In this document: piece by piece, positions 47,621 through 58,877 of the stretch
How the letters are laid out: every line of letters starts with the position of its first letter
Numbering within the stretch: position 1 is the stretch's first letter
Assembly: GCA_963767735.1 (NCBI GenBank)
Contig: CAVYES010000006.1
Coordinates: 128,001 to 192,000 of the forward strand
DNA from: Candidatus Bathyarchaeota archaeon
GTDB taxonomy: Archaea > Thermoproteota > Bathyarchaeia > Bathyarchaeales > Bathycorpusculaceae
Length of the DNA stretch: 64,000 bases
Direction: 5' to 3'
Notes under the pieces: generated by a model
What the model was told of the DNA's origin: nothing
The model's input: the letters and a program-made list of their open reading frames with translations, nothing else
Databases searched by the model: none
Made by a program: the position numbers and the translations under genes

Positions 47621-48310
47621 TTAAAACTTTACAGATTCTTCAGCTATTCCTTCCTTAGTTATTATGAGGAAGTCAATGCCGTCGCCGCTCATTGAATCTC
47701 TGCTTATTGCTGACTTTACAGCGCGCATCACGAGCTCTTTTGCTTCTTCTGCATTCATGGTTTCTTTGTAGCCTTCTTCTAAAACTCCTATGGCTATTTC
47801 TGTCCCTGAACCTACTGCTGCGTATTTATCAGGTATAAGCGAGCCTAAAACGTCAAGTACGTAGAGCGATGGGCCTTCTTCATCTAAACCGCCTACAATA
47901 GTTTGTGTAATTAAAGGTGCGTATCGACGGTTAAACAGGACGTTTGCCATAAGTTTTGAAGCGGCGCGCACGGTGATTTTTCTGCCAGTATCCATGCTGA
48001 AAAGATTAGCTTGCGCTTCCATCTCTTTAGCGAGAATTTGCATGTCTCCAACAAGCCCTGCGCAGGCTACGCCGATTCGGTCGGTTACTTTGAATACTTT
48101 TTTTCCGCCTTTACTCATAATGAAATAACCATATGTTACTCTTTTTTCAGCAGCTAAAAGTACTCCATCTGAGAAGACAACACCAACTGTAGTGGCGCCT
48201 GGCATCCAAGCGTAGCCGCCTTGCTGAGCTTGCTGCTGTGGATCCTGTGGCATTTGTGGATATTGGGGAACTTGCGGTATTTGAGGTAATTGTGGTCCAT
48301 AACTTTCCAT
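47621..48310 (-). CDS. psmB: proteasome beta subunit, probably the non-catalytic paralog
   Basis: GATTVG, AAEKR, AG.VGD, GSG, RDSMSGDG; start taken at MESYGPQ. Confidence 0.9.
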   Translation of the reverse strand: MESYGPQLPQIPQVPQYPQMPQDPQQQAQQGGYAWMPGATTVGVVFSDGVLLAAEKRVTYGYFIMSKGGKKVFKVTDRIGVACAGLVGDMQILAKEMEAQANLFSMDTGRKITVRAASKLMANVLFNRRYAPLITQTIVGGLDEEGPSLYVLDVLGSLIPDKYAAVGSGTEIAIGVLEEGYKETMNAEEAKELVMRAVKSAISRDSMSGDGIDFLIITKEGIAEESVKF

Positions 48311-48639
48311 AATTTTCGCCTTTTCTCGGTGATATACACAAAACAATCTATTAAGCTTACTTATAACCATTCTAGAGAGTAAAGGAACTAAGCATAGGCG
48401 AGTCTACGCTTGTAGGTTGCAAAAAACGGGGCAAACAATCGGTTAACATAAGCGCGTGCTTGCAAGATACTGAATTTCCAGTAAGCAATTAAGAATGTTA
48501 ACATTAGTGCTGTTTGGAATGCAAAGACAAAATAAGTTTTTACAGCAAAAACTTTTAACATACCGCATGCTTTCTAACTATACTAATTAGTGGAGTAGAC
48601 CTCCGTCTCTGTCTCTGTGTAGGTGTAAAAGGAAGACAA

Positions 48640-49224
48640 ATGATAGAAATTTATACTCAAAACATGGGAGACGTTTGGTTCGGAGTAGCCTTTGCTCAAC
48701 AGCAGATTGTCACATCGTCATTTGGTGTAAGCCAACAATTAACGTTAAGCAACATTTTAGAAAATATACCGTTTAATGTGCCCTTTCAGGTTTTTCATGA
48801 GCCCTCAGCTTTCGCCAAAAACATTCTTGCTTCTTTAAAGAACATTTATGAGGGACAAAATGTTAACGCAAGCTTCCCGTTAGCCTTGACTCGTTTGCCA
48901 ATTTACACTCAAAAAGTGCTTAAAGCAACTGTCGAGATTCCTCTCGGTTACGTGGCTTCTTACGGCTCAATTGCCAAAGCGGCAGGCGGTGGACCAAGGG
49001 CTGTGGGAAACATTATGGCGGCTAATCCTTTTGCACCAATCGTTCCCTGCCACAGAGTTGTTAAATCTGATTTTACACTAGGCGGTTATGGCGGAGGCTT
49101 AAAAGTTAAACTCGAGCTCTTAGGCAGGGAGAAAAGAGGCTTCTCAACCTCAAAAGAAATAGAAGTCAATGGACGTCAGCTTCAGGTTTTCCCTGTTGAA
49201 TATGTTCTAAGAAATTTGGCTTAA
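48640..49224 (+). CDS. ogt: methylated-DNA--protein-cysteine methyltransferase
   Basis: RAVG...NP...PCHRV. Confidence 0.92.
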   Translation: MIEIYTQNMGDVWFGVAFAQQQIVTSSFGVSQQLTLSNILENIPFNVPFQVFHEPSAFAKNILASLKNIYEGQNVNASFPLALTRLPIYTQKVLKATVEIPLGYVASYGSIAKAAGGGPRAVGNIMAANPFAPIVPCHRVVKSDFTLGGYGGGLKVKLELLGREKRGFSTSKEIEVNGRQLQVFPVEYVLRNLA

Positions 49225-49288
49225 CCTGAATTTTTTTAACGCAAATCATAAAAGCATGCGAGCTTAACCTCAAAGGCGAGGAAGCACG

Positions 49289-49816
49289 TTGGTTAATCGT
49301 GGTCTTTACGTTGGCAGATTTCAGCCTTTCCATTTAGGTCACCTTGGCGCTATCAAGGCAGTTTTAAAAGAAGTTGATGAACTCGTCATAGTCATCGGTA
49401 GCGCTCAGTACAGCCATAACTCCAATAACCCGTTTACAGCGGGCGAGAGATTAGTTATGATTCGCCGTGCTTTGCAAGAGGCTAAAGTGGATTATTCTAA
49501 GCTTTGGATTGTTCCAGTTCCAGATGTCCATTTGCATATGATATGGGTTAGTGCGGTTGAAGGTTACACTCCAAAGTTTAATGTTTGTTATTCTAATGAG
49601 CCGTTGTCACGAAGGCTTTTCATGGAAGCAGGTTATCAAGTCAAAAACATTCCATTCTTTGATAGGAAACAATACGTGTCAACTATCATTAGAGAAAAAA
49701 TGCTTCAAGACGACAGCTGGACGGAGCTTGTTCCTAAAAGCGTCGCTGAATTCATCAATGAGATAGATGGGGTTAACAGGCTTAGAGATTTAGCTAGAAC
49801 AGACAGGGTTTCTTAA
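49289..49816 (+). CDS. nadM: NMN adenylyltransferase
   Basis: GRFQPFHLGH, GSAQ, NPFTAGER. Confidence 0.93.
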   Translation: MVNRGLYVGRFQPFHLGHLGAIKAVLKEVDELVIVIGSAQYSHNSNNPFTAGERLVMIRRALQEAKVDYSKLWIVPVPDVHLHMIWVSAVEGYTPKFNVCYSNEPLSRRLFMEAGYQVKNIPFFDRKQYVSTIIREKMLQDDSWTELVPKSVAEFINEIDGVNRLRDLARTDRVS

Positions 49817-50377
49817 ACTACCATTTTTTCATCTGAAGCCTGATGATAAAAGCGCCAAGCAAGAAGATAAACAGTGATTAAAATTAGCAATTCAGCTAAT
49901 ACACCAATCGATGGCACAGCTACGACAGCAAAAAAGTTATTTGCAGCATGAAGCAGTACCGACGTCAGGTAGTAAGGTAGAGGTTTTTTCTTAGCGATAC
50001 CGTAAGCAGTTATAGCCGCGCTTGAAGCATGAAAAATAACGCCTGGGATTCTAACAATCAAAGGTACATCATAAATGAAAACATACAAAAAGAATTCAGA
50101 AATACCGAAACCTAACCCAATCAAAATACCTAAAGTTACAAGTGACCTTTCGGTTTCACCATGCCTATAGAATAATGGGAAAACTTTCGCTAACTCCTCT
50201 ACGAAAGGCGCTACTAAAATAACCGCTATAGCTCCGGGAAAAAAAGGGTAAAAGTTCGAAAAAAACAAAGCAAACGGAATACTCACAAGGATTCCAGAGG
50301 AGAAAAAGAAGATTAATTCTCTAATGACTCGGTTTATGAAGTGGTATAACGCATTGCTGTTGCGGTTTATCTTCCAT
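49813..50377 (-). CDS. PrsW-family intramembrane metalloprotease (5' frameshift)
   Basis: APFVEELAK, GFGISE, FH and LHAANN; upstream ATG 50377 is in another frame. Confidence 0.8.
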
Positions 50378-50438
50378 GAAAATAAGCTTCCTATAAAATA
50401 GTGAACTAAAGCTTCCTTATCAGCGTTTTTGCTGTCTC

Positions 50439-51818
50439 TCAGAAGCCAGCAGTTATGGGACTTTTGGGTTTCATTATTTCCCTGAGAACCACTGTTGCAT
50501 AGGAACCTCTGAGCAGCATGAAGCTTAACTCAGCTTGGCAGTCTTTGCCGCCTGCATTTGCTGAAACATTTTGCAGCTTAAAATCTCTGATCGGAGTTAC
50601 CGCCGTTCGCAAGCCGCCTTTGCCGCCAATTCTTGATAACGCGTTAATTCGCAGGTTCTCCAACTTGATTTCTTCTTCCTCAAGAACCTCCTTTTCTATT
50701 TGCCCCATGACCCCTTGAGAGAGCTTCTGCTTTACTCCAACAATGGGTAAAGCAACCCGCAGTTTTCCAGCCTTAATTTGCTCATTAACACTCATCAACA
50801 GTTTCCGCGGTTACATTTTTTGCCATGCTAGTCAAGGGCAATCCAGAACGTTCAACAGCAACCACGAAATCGCCAACCTCAGCCTTGTTCAAAGAGTAAC
50901 CATGCTTAACCCGCTCGCTGAGGAAACGATTAAACAGGTAAGACTGATGCGCTTGAACAAAAAGTTCTTGAAGCTTAACAGGCAACCTTTGAAAAGCGCC
51001 AATAAAATCATCTGGTTTATCTGCTAAGTGATTCAGCATTAACCTTTCAAATCGAAGTTGCTTAGGAAAATTTTCCAGTGCTTGCTTGAAATTTTTTGTT
51101 GATTGGAGTTCTTGGCGTGCTTGCCTTGAGGCTGGATGCTCGTGAACGCTTGGTTTAGCCAAAAAAAGCATTGCTGCCTCCTCAAAATTGCCTCTAACAA
51201 GGGCTTTTCCAACCAAATGCGTTATGGGACGGGTGGTTCCGAAGCGTTGGTGCCCAAAAAAGTTTGGAATGCCGCCTAAAGCTTCAAGCTCCTCAAGGGT
51301 CTGAGAAATTCTTGTTTCAACGGTTGATTTCCTTGTAGTTTTATGGCTTTGATTTTTATTGTGAAGAAGTTGCCAAGCAGGTAAAATAATGAAAGCGCCT
51401 CACGAAGATAGCCAACGGGGTAGAGTTGGATATCTTTAACATTAACTTTTGAAGCATCCTCTATCAAGCCATCCTCAATCGTTAAGTGCTGAGCTGTTAT
51501 GGCTTTTGCGTCTTTAATGCCTGCAATCTGGATGCGCCTCTGGTCAATGCCAAGTTGTTTTGCAACGTTTTTGATGGCTATGAACGTGTCCCAGTTGCGC
51601 TTCACCAAAACGCACAGCAAATACCTTTGCTTTTGAGGAGTAGAACCTAAAACCCTGCCTGCAACAGCCCCGTTCACGGATGCTTTTGAGCCGTCAACAA
51701 GAACTTCTTCAACCACAAAGTCATCAACCGCTTCACGGATGACGCCGCCGACGCCTAAGCTTTTGGTGGCGTAAACTTCGATGCCTAGCTGTTTATCAAG
51801 CGCTGACACAGGCAACAC
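50439..51818 (-). CDS. truD: tRNA pseudouridine synthase TruD, split into three ORFs by frameshifts
   Basis: DFVVEE, AGIKD, FFGHQRFG, QSYLFN, LRGSYAT. Confidence 0.88.
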
Positions 51819-51825
51819 AATCGCC

Positions 51826-52189
51826 TTAGAATAACTTAAGCTTACCAGTTAACCTATCAACCATTTCTGCTGGGGCAGGACCAATCCCTAAACATGTCAC
51901 TGTGCCCTCAGGAATCTGCGTTAAACCCCTATCAACAATCAACGCATGAGGCAAACCTAACTGGTCAGCAGCCTCTTCCAATTCCTGAAGCTCCTTTTCG
52001 TCTGGAACCTTAACTGCGATTTTCCGTTGCCCCTCATACAGCCAAGCTTCCCACCACTTCTTATGATGCGTTAAAAGCATCTTGAGCAGCTGAAACCGCA
52101 GCGTGCCCAGCTTGCGCCGCAATTTTGCCTTTACCCATCTTCAAATCGGTGCGGAAAACGAGGACTTGCTTGTATTCAAATTCGCCCAT
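51826..52189 (-). CDS. pth2: peptidyl-tRNA hydrolase Pth2 (frameshifted)
   Basis: [30 protein letters not shown], then D.GLTQI...T.LGIGP. Confidence 0.9.
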
Positions 52190-52227
52190 TCTCTTTTATC
52201 CCGCCTCTATGTTTAGCATCCAAGATT

Positions 52228-53481
52228 TTAAGGGTTTGCAGACAAGTAAAGCATAGCAAAGTAAGCCATAGCCGCCAGCATTGAAGGTTTCCCTAAAACT
52301 TTAAGCATAAGCTTTCCTTGAAAGTCGATTTCATCCACATCGCTTAATGCTTTATCCACACCCAACTTTCCGCAGATCCGCAGCATTTCATCCACTTTCT
52401 CGTCAGACAGAGAATCAAGAAACCGTCTAAGCCTAAGCATAACATTAAAATCAAAACTCAACAAGTCAGAACAGCGTTTCTGATAAACCTGCAAAAAATC
52501 AGATGAAACGTCACCTTGCTTTATGGCTTCGCTAGCAGTTTCTGCTGCGATTTTGGCGCATGTTAACCCGAAAATTACTCCGCCGCCAGTGGTCGGTTTA
52601 ACCTGTGAAGCGCAGTCGCCTACAGCAAGAAACCCGTTTGCATAAGCCCTGTCGATTGGACCGCCCAAAGATATGGCGTGATAGCCGATTTGTGTTATTT
52701 TGGCTTTGCCAAGCTGTTTAGATGCAACTGGATGCTTAGACATGAGCTGATGCAGGAATTCACGGGGGTTTCCCTTGTTTGTTGCCAACCCAACCTTTGC
52801 TGTTCCATCAAGCCTTGGAATAAGCCATCCGTAAAAGCCAGGCGCATAATTCTTGCCCAAGTAAACTTCAACCGCATCACGCTCAACGTCTTGTACGTTT
52901 TCTACTTCAGCTTCAACCGCATAAACCAGCCCTTCAGGCTTAAGCGCCGTTAAACCTGCTTGCCTCAAAAGCCTAGAAGAGATGCCTTCCGCATCCAAGG
53001 TAATTTTAGAATAAGCTTTCTCTTCTTTTCCACCGTTTCTTTGGATATTTACGCCTTTGACAAAGCCATCCGCTATAATCAGCGATTGGACACGGGCGTT
53101 TAAAACGAAACGTGCACCAGCCGCTTCTGCTTGCCCAGCCAAGTACTGGTCAAAACGTGCTCTGTTCAGAGCAGCAGTTACTGGACGGGAAAGGTGAAGT
53201 GAAAACTTGGTGCCAGCGGGCGAATAAAAGTTGGCTGTACAAAAAGTGTTTTCAACAATCCCCTTTGGAAGCGGATACAAACCCATGGTGCTTAAGCTTC
53301 GAATGCTCAGGTGCCCAGCGCAATGGGAAGGTAACCCAATTTCAGGGTGCTCTTCAAAAACTGTGACTTTAACGCCTAATTTAGCTAAGTTTAGTGCGGC
53401 ATATGAACCAACAGGTCCGCCTCCAATAATTATGGCGTCTGGAGTATTGCCTGTTGGTTGCACTGTGTGCGTCATCATCAT
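52228..53481 (-). CDS. geranylgeranyl reductase-family flavoprotein
   Basis: IIGGGPVG, CAG, R..FD, YGWLIP, VGD.A...P.TGGG. Confidence 0.88.
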   Translation of the reverse strand: MMMTHTVQPTGNTPDAIIIGGGPVGSYAALNLAKLGVKVTVFEEHPEIGLPSHCAGHLSIRSLSTMGLYPLPKGIVENTFCTANFYSPAGTKFSLHLSRPVTAALNRARFDQYLAGQAEAAGARFVLNARVQSLIIADGFVKGVNIQRNGGKEEKAYSKITLDAEGISSRLLRQAGLTALKPEGLVYAVEAEVENVQDVERDAVEVYLGKNYAPGFYGWLIPRLDGTAKVGLATNKGNPREFLHQLMSKHPVASKQLGKAKITQIGYHAISLGGPIDRAYANGFLAVGDCASQVKPTTGGGVIFGLTCAKIAAETASEAIKQGDVSSDFLQVYQKRCSDLLSFDFNVMLRLRRFLDSLSDEKVDEMLRICGKLGVDKALSDVDEIDFQGKLMLKVLGKPSMLAAMAYFAMLYLSANP

Positions 53482-53485
53482 TATG

Positions 53486-53791
53486 TTACTGGACTAGTTC
53501 AATTCGGCGTTTTCCACGCGCCATTGAAGAAGTGCGGATTTTACCGCTTACCTCAAGCTTTAGCAGCAGATCATTGAAGTCTTTGTAGCCTAAATCGTCA
53601 AACTCACCTTTCAACTGTCCAAAGAGTTCATCATCAGTCAAGTCGCCCTTCTTAGTGAGAACTTCCAACATAACAAAGTAAGCTGGGCGGGTTTTCCAAG
53701 TTTTTATCTGAGGCATACGTTTTCCTTCTAAGCAACTGGTGTCGCTGGCTTTTGTACTTGTCGGACTTGCTGCATAAAGCTCTTGTACCAT
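53486..53791 (-). CDS. small winged-helix protein (start probably MPQIK)
   Basis: DLTDDELF...[10 protein letters not shown]; follows cdc48. Confidence 0.65.
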   Translation of the reverse strand: MVQELYAASPTSTKASDTSCLEGKRMPQIKTWKTRPAYFVMLEVLTKKGDLTDDELFGQLKGEFDDLGYKDFNDLLLKLEVSGKIRTSSMARGKRRIELVQ

Positions 53792-55924
53792 TTCTCCATG
53801 TCAGGCGTTACTGATGGACCCATTTCTTTCAGCGCATCCAGGAAATCTTTCATGGTTACTTCTTGGGAGTTTACGTCCCTTCTTAATGCGTGCATTGCGG
53901 CTTCTCTGCATAAGGATTCTATGTCAGCGCCGCCATAGTACTTAGTCATTATTGTCAACTGGTTTAAATCAACGTCTTTGCTGATTGGCATGCCTTTCGT
54001 GTAGATTTTGAATATTTGCAAGCGGCTCTTCTCATCTGGTTCAGGCACATAAATTAATCTGTCAAACCTTCCAGGGCGCAGAACGGCGGGATCCACCATG
54101 TCAGGACGGTTGGTGGCAGCTATAACTACAATGTCTTGTAATGTTACTATGCCATCCATTTCTGTTAGAAGTTGGCTTATGACTCGTTCTGAAACGCCGC
54201 TGTCAGACATACCCATACCGCGTCTAGGCGTAATCGAGTCGATTTCATCTAAGAATACCACTGAAGGCGCTGCCATACGGGCTTTGCGGAATATTTCACG
54301 TATAGCTTTTTCTGATTCTCCAACCCATTTGGAGAAGACTTCAGGCCCTTTAATTGATATGAAGTTGGCTTCGCTTTCTGTCGCCACCGCTCGGGCTAAC
54401 AGTGTTTTGCCGCAGCCTGGTGGACCATAAAGAAGGATGCCTTTTGGCGGTCTAATTCCAAGCTTAGTGAACATTTCTGGGGTCTTCAATGGCCACTCCA
54501 CAGCTTCTATGAGGTGCTGTTTTACGTCTTCAAGTCCGCCTACGTCGTCCCAATGGACAGTGGGAACTTCAATGTACACCTCTCGCATGGCTGTTGGTGT
54601 AATTTCTTTGTACGCGTTGTCAAAATCGCTCATTTGCACTTCCATCTTTTCAAGCACGGCTGGTGGAATGCGTTCTTCTTCAAGGTTAATCTGTGGCAGG
54701 TATCTGCGTAATGCTTTCATGGCTGTTTCTCTGCCTAATGCGGATAAGTCGGCTCCTGTGTAACCATGTGTCATTTCGGCGAGGCGGTCAAGGTTGACTC
54801 CTTCGCCTTTTTCTCCCTCTTTGTAAGGGACCAAGTGGCATTCCTCGTGTGTGTATTTGGAGGACTTCGTATCTTCCCTTCTTGTCAGGAACGCCGATTT
54901 CTATTTCTCGGTCGAATCTTCCTGGTCTGCGCAGTGCAGGGTCAAGTGCGCCTGGACGGTTGGTTGCGCCGATGACTATGACGTTTCCTCTTCCGCTTAA
55001 ACCATCCATTAACGCGAGGAGTTGTGCAACTACGCGTCTTTCAACTTCGCCTGTAACTTCTTCCCGTTTAGGCGCTATAGCGTCAAGCTCATCGACGAAT
55101 ATTATGCTCGGAGCGTTCTGCTGGGCTTGCTGGAAAATCTCTCGCAAACGCGCTTCAGATTCGCCGTAGAATTTGCTCATGATTTCTGGACCGTTAATTG
55201 AGTAGAAGTTGGCTTCTGACTCGTTAGCGACCGCTCGGGCTAATAGTGTTTTGCCGCAGCCTGGTGGACCATGAAGCAGAACACCTTTTGGCGGTTCTAT
55301 TCCTAAGCGTTGGAAGAGTTCTGGGTGGCGGAGTGGCAGTTCGACCATTTCGCGGACACGTTGAATTTCTTCATGTAAGCCGCCGATGTCTTCATAGGTG
55401 GTTCTAGGTAAGCCTTTGCCTTCAGGTGCTGGCTCGTTTAGAATGGTTAAGCGTGTTTCGGCTGTTACTTTTATTATGCCGTGAGGTCGGGTTTTTGAAA
55501 CTGTAAATGGAATGGCGTGTCCCAGCATCATTACTAGGGTTGTGTCGCCTTCCACGAGGGTACGTTCCATGAGGCGGTTTTTAACAAAGTTAGTGAAGTC
55601 TTCGTCAACGTTTAGCCGCATGTCAACTGGTGCAAGCGTTATACTCAGGGCTGTTTTGACTTTTGCTGGTCTCACAACAACGTACTCGTTTATGGCTACG
55701 CCAGAGTTTTTGCGTGTGAAGCCGTCGATACGGATGATATCGCGGTTTTGGTCTTCACTGTAGGCTGGCCAAGCTATGGCTGACGTTGTGCGTTTGTTTA
55801 TAATTTCTATTACGTCTCCAGCGCTTATGCCTAGTTTCTGCATAGTTCGCTGGTCTATGCGGGCGATTCCTCTGCCCACATCTCTTTGCCTTGCGTCTCC
55901 GACACGTAATTGAACTTCGCTCAA
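53728..55924 (-). CDS. cdc48: CDC48/VCP AAA+ ATPase (one frameshift near 54830)
   Basis: N-domain, two GPPGCGKT Walker A motifs, two RPGRFDR motifs. Confidence 0.95.
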
Positions 55925-56074
55925 ACAGAATCCTCCAAATAATCTGATGCTAAAGATACATGTTTGAAAGAACCTTTATGACTATATAAACTTTAAAGCG
56001 TAACGGTTAAAACTTTCAGGTGCTTGTAAAGCGGGAAGATTGATGGGTTTTTGTAAAAACAAGCGTTAAGCGTT

Positions 56075-56351
56075 TTATCTGCTGCTTCTGCGCACAAACA
56101 TGCATTGCGCTTGGCTGACGCCTGGTAATTTTCCGAGTTTTTCTTCGAACTCGTCAACGATGCCTGTTTTGTCCTCTGGAAACTTTACTTGAACAAGAAG
56201 CGCTACTAAGTCCAAAAGCTATGGGTTCCTCGCCGTATCCTTCAATTGCGGCGAACTCAGGCTTAATGCTTTCAATTTGTTTTTTGAGGTCATCAAAGTT
56301 TTCCACTATGTCTTCTGGAAAAACCTTGTATGTTACAATAACGCTTCCCAT
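56075..56351 (-). CDS. ef1b: elongation factor 1-beta (frameshifted)
   Basis: KVFPED...EPIAFGL, continuing ALLVQVKFPED in another frame. Confidence 0.88.
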
Positions 56352-56363
56352 ATTATATCGCCT

Positions 56364-56552
56364 TTATGGTCCTGTGAATCCGCATTTTGGACACTTGTAT
56401 AAGCGGCCGAATTTGCGGCATTTTCCATCACGTTTAATCTGGATTTCTCCGCAGTTGGGGCAGAGGAATTTTGTGGATTCGCTGCCTGGCGGAATTGGTT
56501 TGCCGCAGCTTGTACAGGTAACCAAGGACAGTGTTGTTGCTCTTTCTGTCAT
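56364..56552 (-). CDS. zinc-finger protein (DUF1610 family)
   Basis: CTSCG...F.CPNCG...C.K....CPKCGFTGP; adjacent to ef1b. Confidence 0.88.
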   Translation of the reverse strand: MTERATTLSLVTCTSCGKPIPPGSESTKFLCPNCGEIQIKRDGKCRKFGRLYKCPKCGFTGP

Positions 56553-56751
56553 AATCTACATCTCTTGCGCTTCTAAATGTAAGTCTTACTTATATCTGCT
56601 ATGCTTAAAATTAAAGAGTCATAGAGCTTCGATGTTACATCTCTTTAGCTTAGCAATAAAATAGAAACGTTTTAATTTTTTCCGTTTTGCTCTTTACCTA
56701 TCAAAGTGGGCGTCAGTTAAACTATAAACTCTACTTTTCTTTCCGTTTATA

Positions 56752-57015
56752 TTAGTGCCTGATAAAATACGTTTGTATCTTCTTAAGTTCTTCGTCGTAT
56801 GCTTCATGAGGGTCTATTTCCGTGTTATAATTGGTTTCTTTCGCTATTCTTTGAAACACTGCTACAGCGTCAAAATACTTTTTTAGAATTAATCTTGTCG
56901 CCTTCCAGCGTGAGCTATAATCTTGGAGCCAGGTTCTATTTTGAGGGCTTTTCTCATTGCCTTTGGAATAACGACTTGTCCCTTTTGAACCGACTTTCCT
57001 TTCCTCTTGAATCAA
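56752..57015 (-). CDS. hypothetical protein
   Basis: 87-aa ORF with upstream GTGA. Confidence 0.4.
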   Translation of the reverse strand: MIQEERKVGSKGTSRYSKGNEKSPQNRTWLQDYSSRWKATRLILKKYFDAVAVFQRIAKETNYNTEIDPHEAYDEELKKIQTYFIRH

Positions 57016-57113
57016 TTACTTCACCACGTAATATTATTCACAATTTTCACTTAAGAGGCATTCGCAAGTTTATTAAGAAGGTTTCTTGCCTATTTTTATT
57101 GTCGTGGTAAATT

Positions 57114-58148
57114 TTGGGTGTAGACTTCAAGGATCTTGTTCCGAAAACTCCCGTTAAGCTGGAAGATTTAGGCGGCAAAGTCATCGCCATCGATGCTTAT
57201 AACGCGATTTACCAGTTTCTCTCCATTATCCGCCAGCCAGACGGTACACCGCTAAAAGACAGCACTGGAAAAGTCACCAGCCACCTGAGCGGCTTATTCT
57301 ACCGTACAAGTAACCTTGTAGAAATGGGCATAAAACCAATCTACGTTTTCGATGGCATTCCGCCGACTTTGAAGGCGGCTGAGATTGAGCGGCGCAGGCA
57401 AGTCAAGGTGGAAGCAGCCGTGCACTATGAGAAAGCAGCGGCAAAAGGTGACACAGCCAAGATGCGGATGTTCGCTCAAGCCACAACAAGCATGAAAGAT
57501 TACATGCAAGACGACAGCCGAAAACTTTTGGAGCTTATGGGTTTGCCGTGGATTCAGGCGCCAAGCGAAGGTGAAGCCCAAGCCGCACAGATGACCAAAC
57601 GCGGCGACGCAGATTACTGTGCAAGCCAAGACTATGACAGCTTGCTTTTTGGAGCACCCAAACTGCTAAGAAACGTAACCATTTCTGGCAGACGAAAACT
57701 CCCAAGCAAAAACATCTACATCGACGTTGTTCCTGAGGTAATTGAGCTTTCCAAAACGCTAGAGCAGTGCGGCTTAACGTATGAGCAATTAATCGATGTT
57801 GGCATCTTAATTGGCACAGACTTCAACCCAAATGGCATAAAAGGGCTTGGACCAAAAACCGCTCTGAAATTAATCAAGCAGTATGGAACATTAGAGAATG
57901 CGTTGCCTAACATAAAAAACGCTGCTTTTCCAGTTGAGCCAAACTGTATAAGAGAAGTTTTTCTGCATCCCCAAGTCACAGACAACTATAAGCTGGAATG
58001 GAAAGAACCAAACGTTGAAGGCGTCATAGACTTCATGTGCAGGCAAAAAGAGTTCTCAGAGGACAGAGTCAGAAAATCCTTAGACAAAATGCTCGAAGGC
58101 ACCAAGAAACAGAAGAGCAAAGTCTCATTGGAAAAATGGTTCGGATAA
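57114..58148 (+). CDS. fen: flap endonuclease 1
   Basis: DAYNAIYQFL, VFDG, APSEGEAQ, SQDYD, GTDFN; C-terminal PIP-like SLEKWF. Confidence 0.97.
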   Translation: MGVDFKDLVPKTPVKLEDLGGKVIAIDAYNAIYQFLSIIRQPDGTPLKDSTGKVTSHLSGLFYRTSNLVEMGIKPIYVFDGIPPTLKAAEIERRRQVKVEAAVHYEKAAAKGDTAKMRMFAQATTSMKDYMQDDSRKLLELMGLPWIQAPSEGEAQAAQMTKRGDADYCASQDYDSLLFGAPKLLRNVTISGRRKLPSKNIYIDVVPEVIELSKTLEQCGLTYEQLIDVGILIGTDFNPNGIKGLGPKTALKLIKQYGTLENALPNIKNAAFPVEPNCIREVFLHPQVTDNYKLEWKEPNVEGVIDFMCRQKEFSEDRVRKSLDKMLEGTKKQKSKVSLEKWFG

Positions 58149-58232
58149 GGTTAGTTTTGGTCATATTCGCCTGAGCTGCAGAAGAACATAAGTTTTAAAT
58201 CTGCAGGAAAACAATCAAGTAGTTGAGGATTT

Positions 58233-58738
58233 TTGGAATTTAATAAAAGAAATAAACAATTGGTTGCCGTTATCTCAGCTATAATAATTGTTTTAGCTGC
58301 TACTTTTTTGGTAGTTTACGAAGATCAACAATCAAAGCTAAATGCAAACGAGCCCGTTATCTATTATTCGTTGTCAGGCACATCTTTTTTCTTTAATACT
58401 ACGGGAACAGCAAAATTACATTGTTATCTATTGTGATAACACTGGCAAGACGGCTGGAGATTTTAATCTTATAATAAAATTTGTTAATGCGACTTTTTCC
58501 GCAACAAAAGAACAGCTCTACACTGAGATTAATGTGGCTTCAGCAGAATTCACGCGGGATCTTAATGCAGGCAGGTTTAAACTCAACGGATGTTTATTTT
58601 TCTATTGACCCCACCGTGAATAGTTTTTCAATTTCGTTATCAATACATAGCAATCAAAGTCCATTGAAAACAATCTCTGAATCTCCCATCTTTCTACAAT
58701 ATAAGTGGAACGTTAATGATTTCCAGCTTAACCAATAG
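58233..58738 (+). CDS. hypothetical membrane-anchored protein (frameshifted)
   Basis: N-terminal TM followed by three overlapping ORF pieces. Confidence 0.5.
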
Positions 58739-58877
58739 TTGACGCTGTGTGCATAGAAGGGTAGAATAGTCTTATTACTCGTAGTATTTGGCTGAGGTTT
58801 CCAGGGTAGATTAACCAGCAATTATTATGGAAAATTGAGGGCAGTATAGGTGACGAATGTAAATTTTGCGGATTTTG

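Noticed and set aside
54780-54845. Programmed frameshift or genuinely split Cdc48
   Set aside because: A single extra base with no slippery heptamer, in a region full of similar indels
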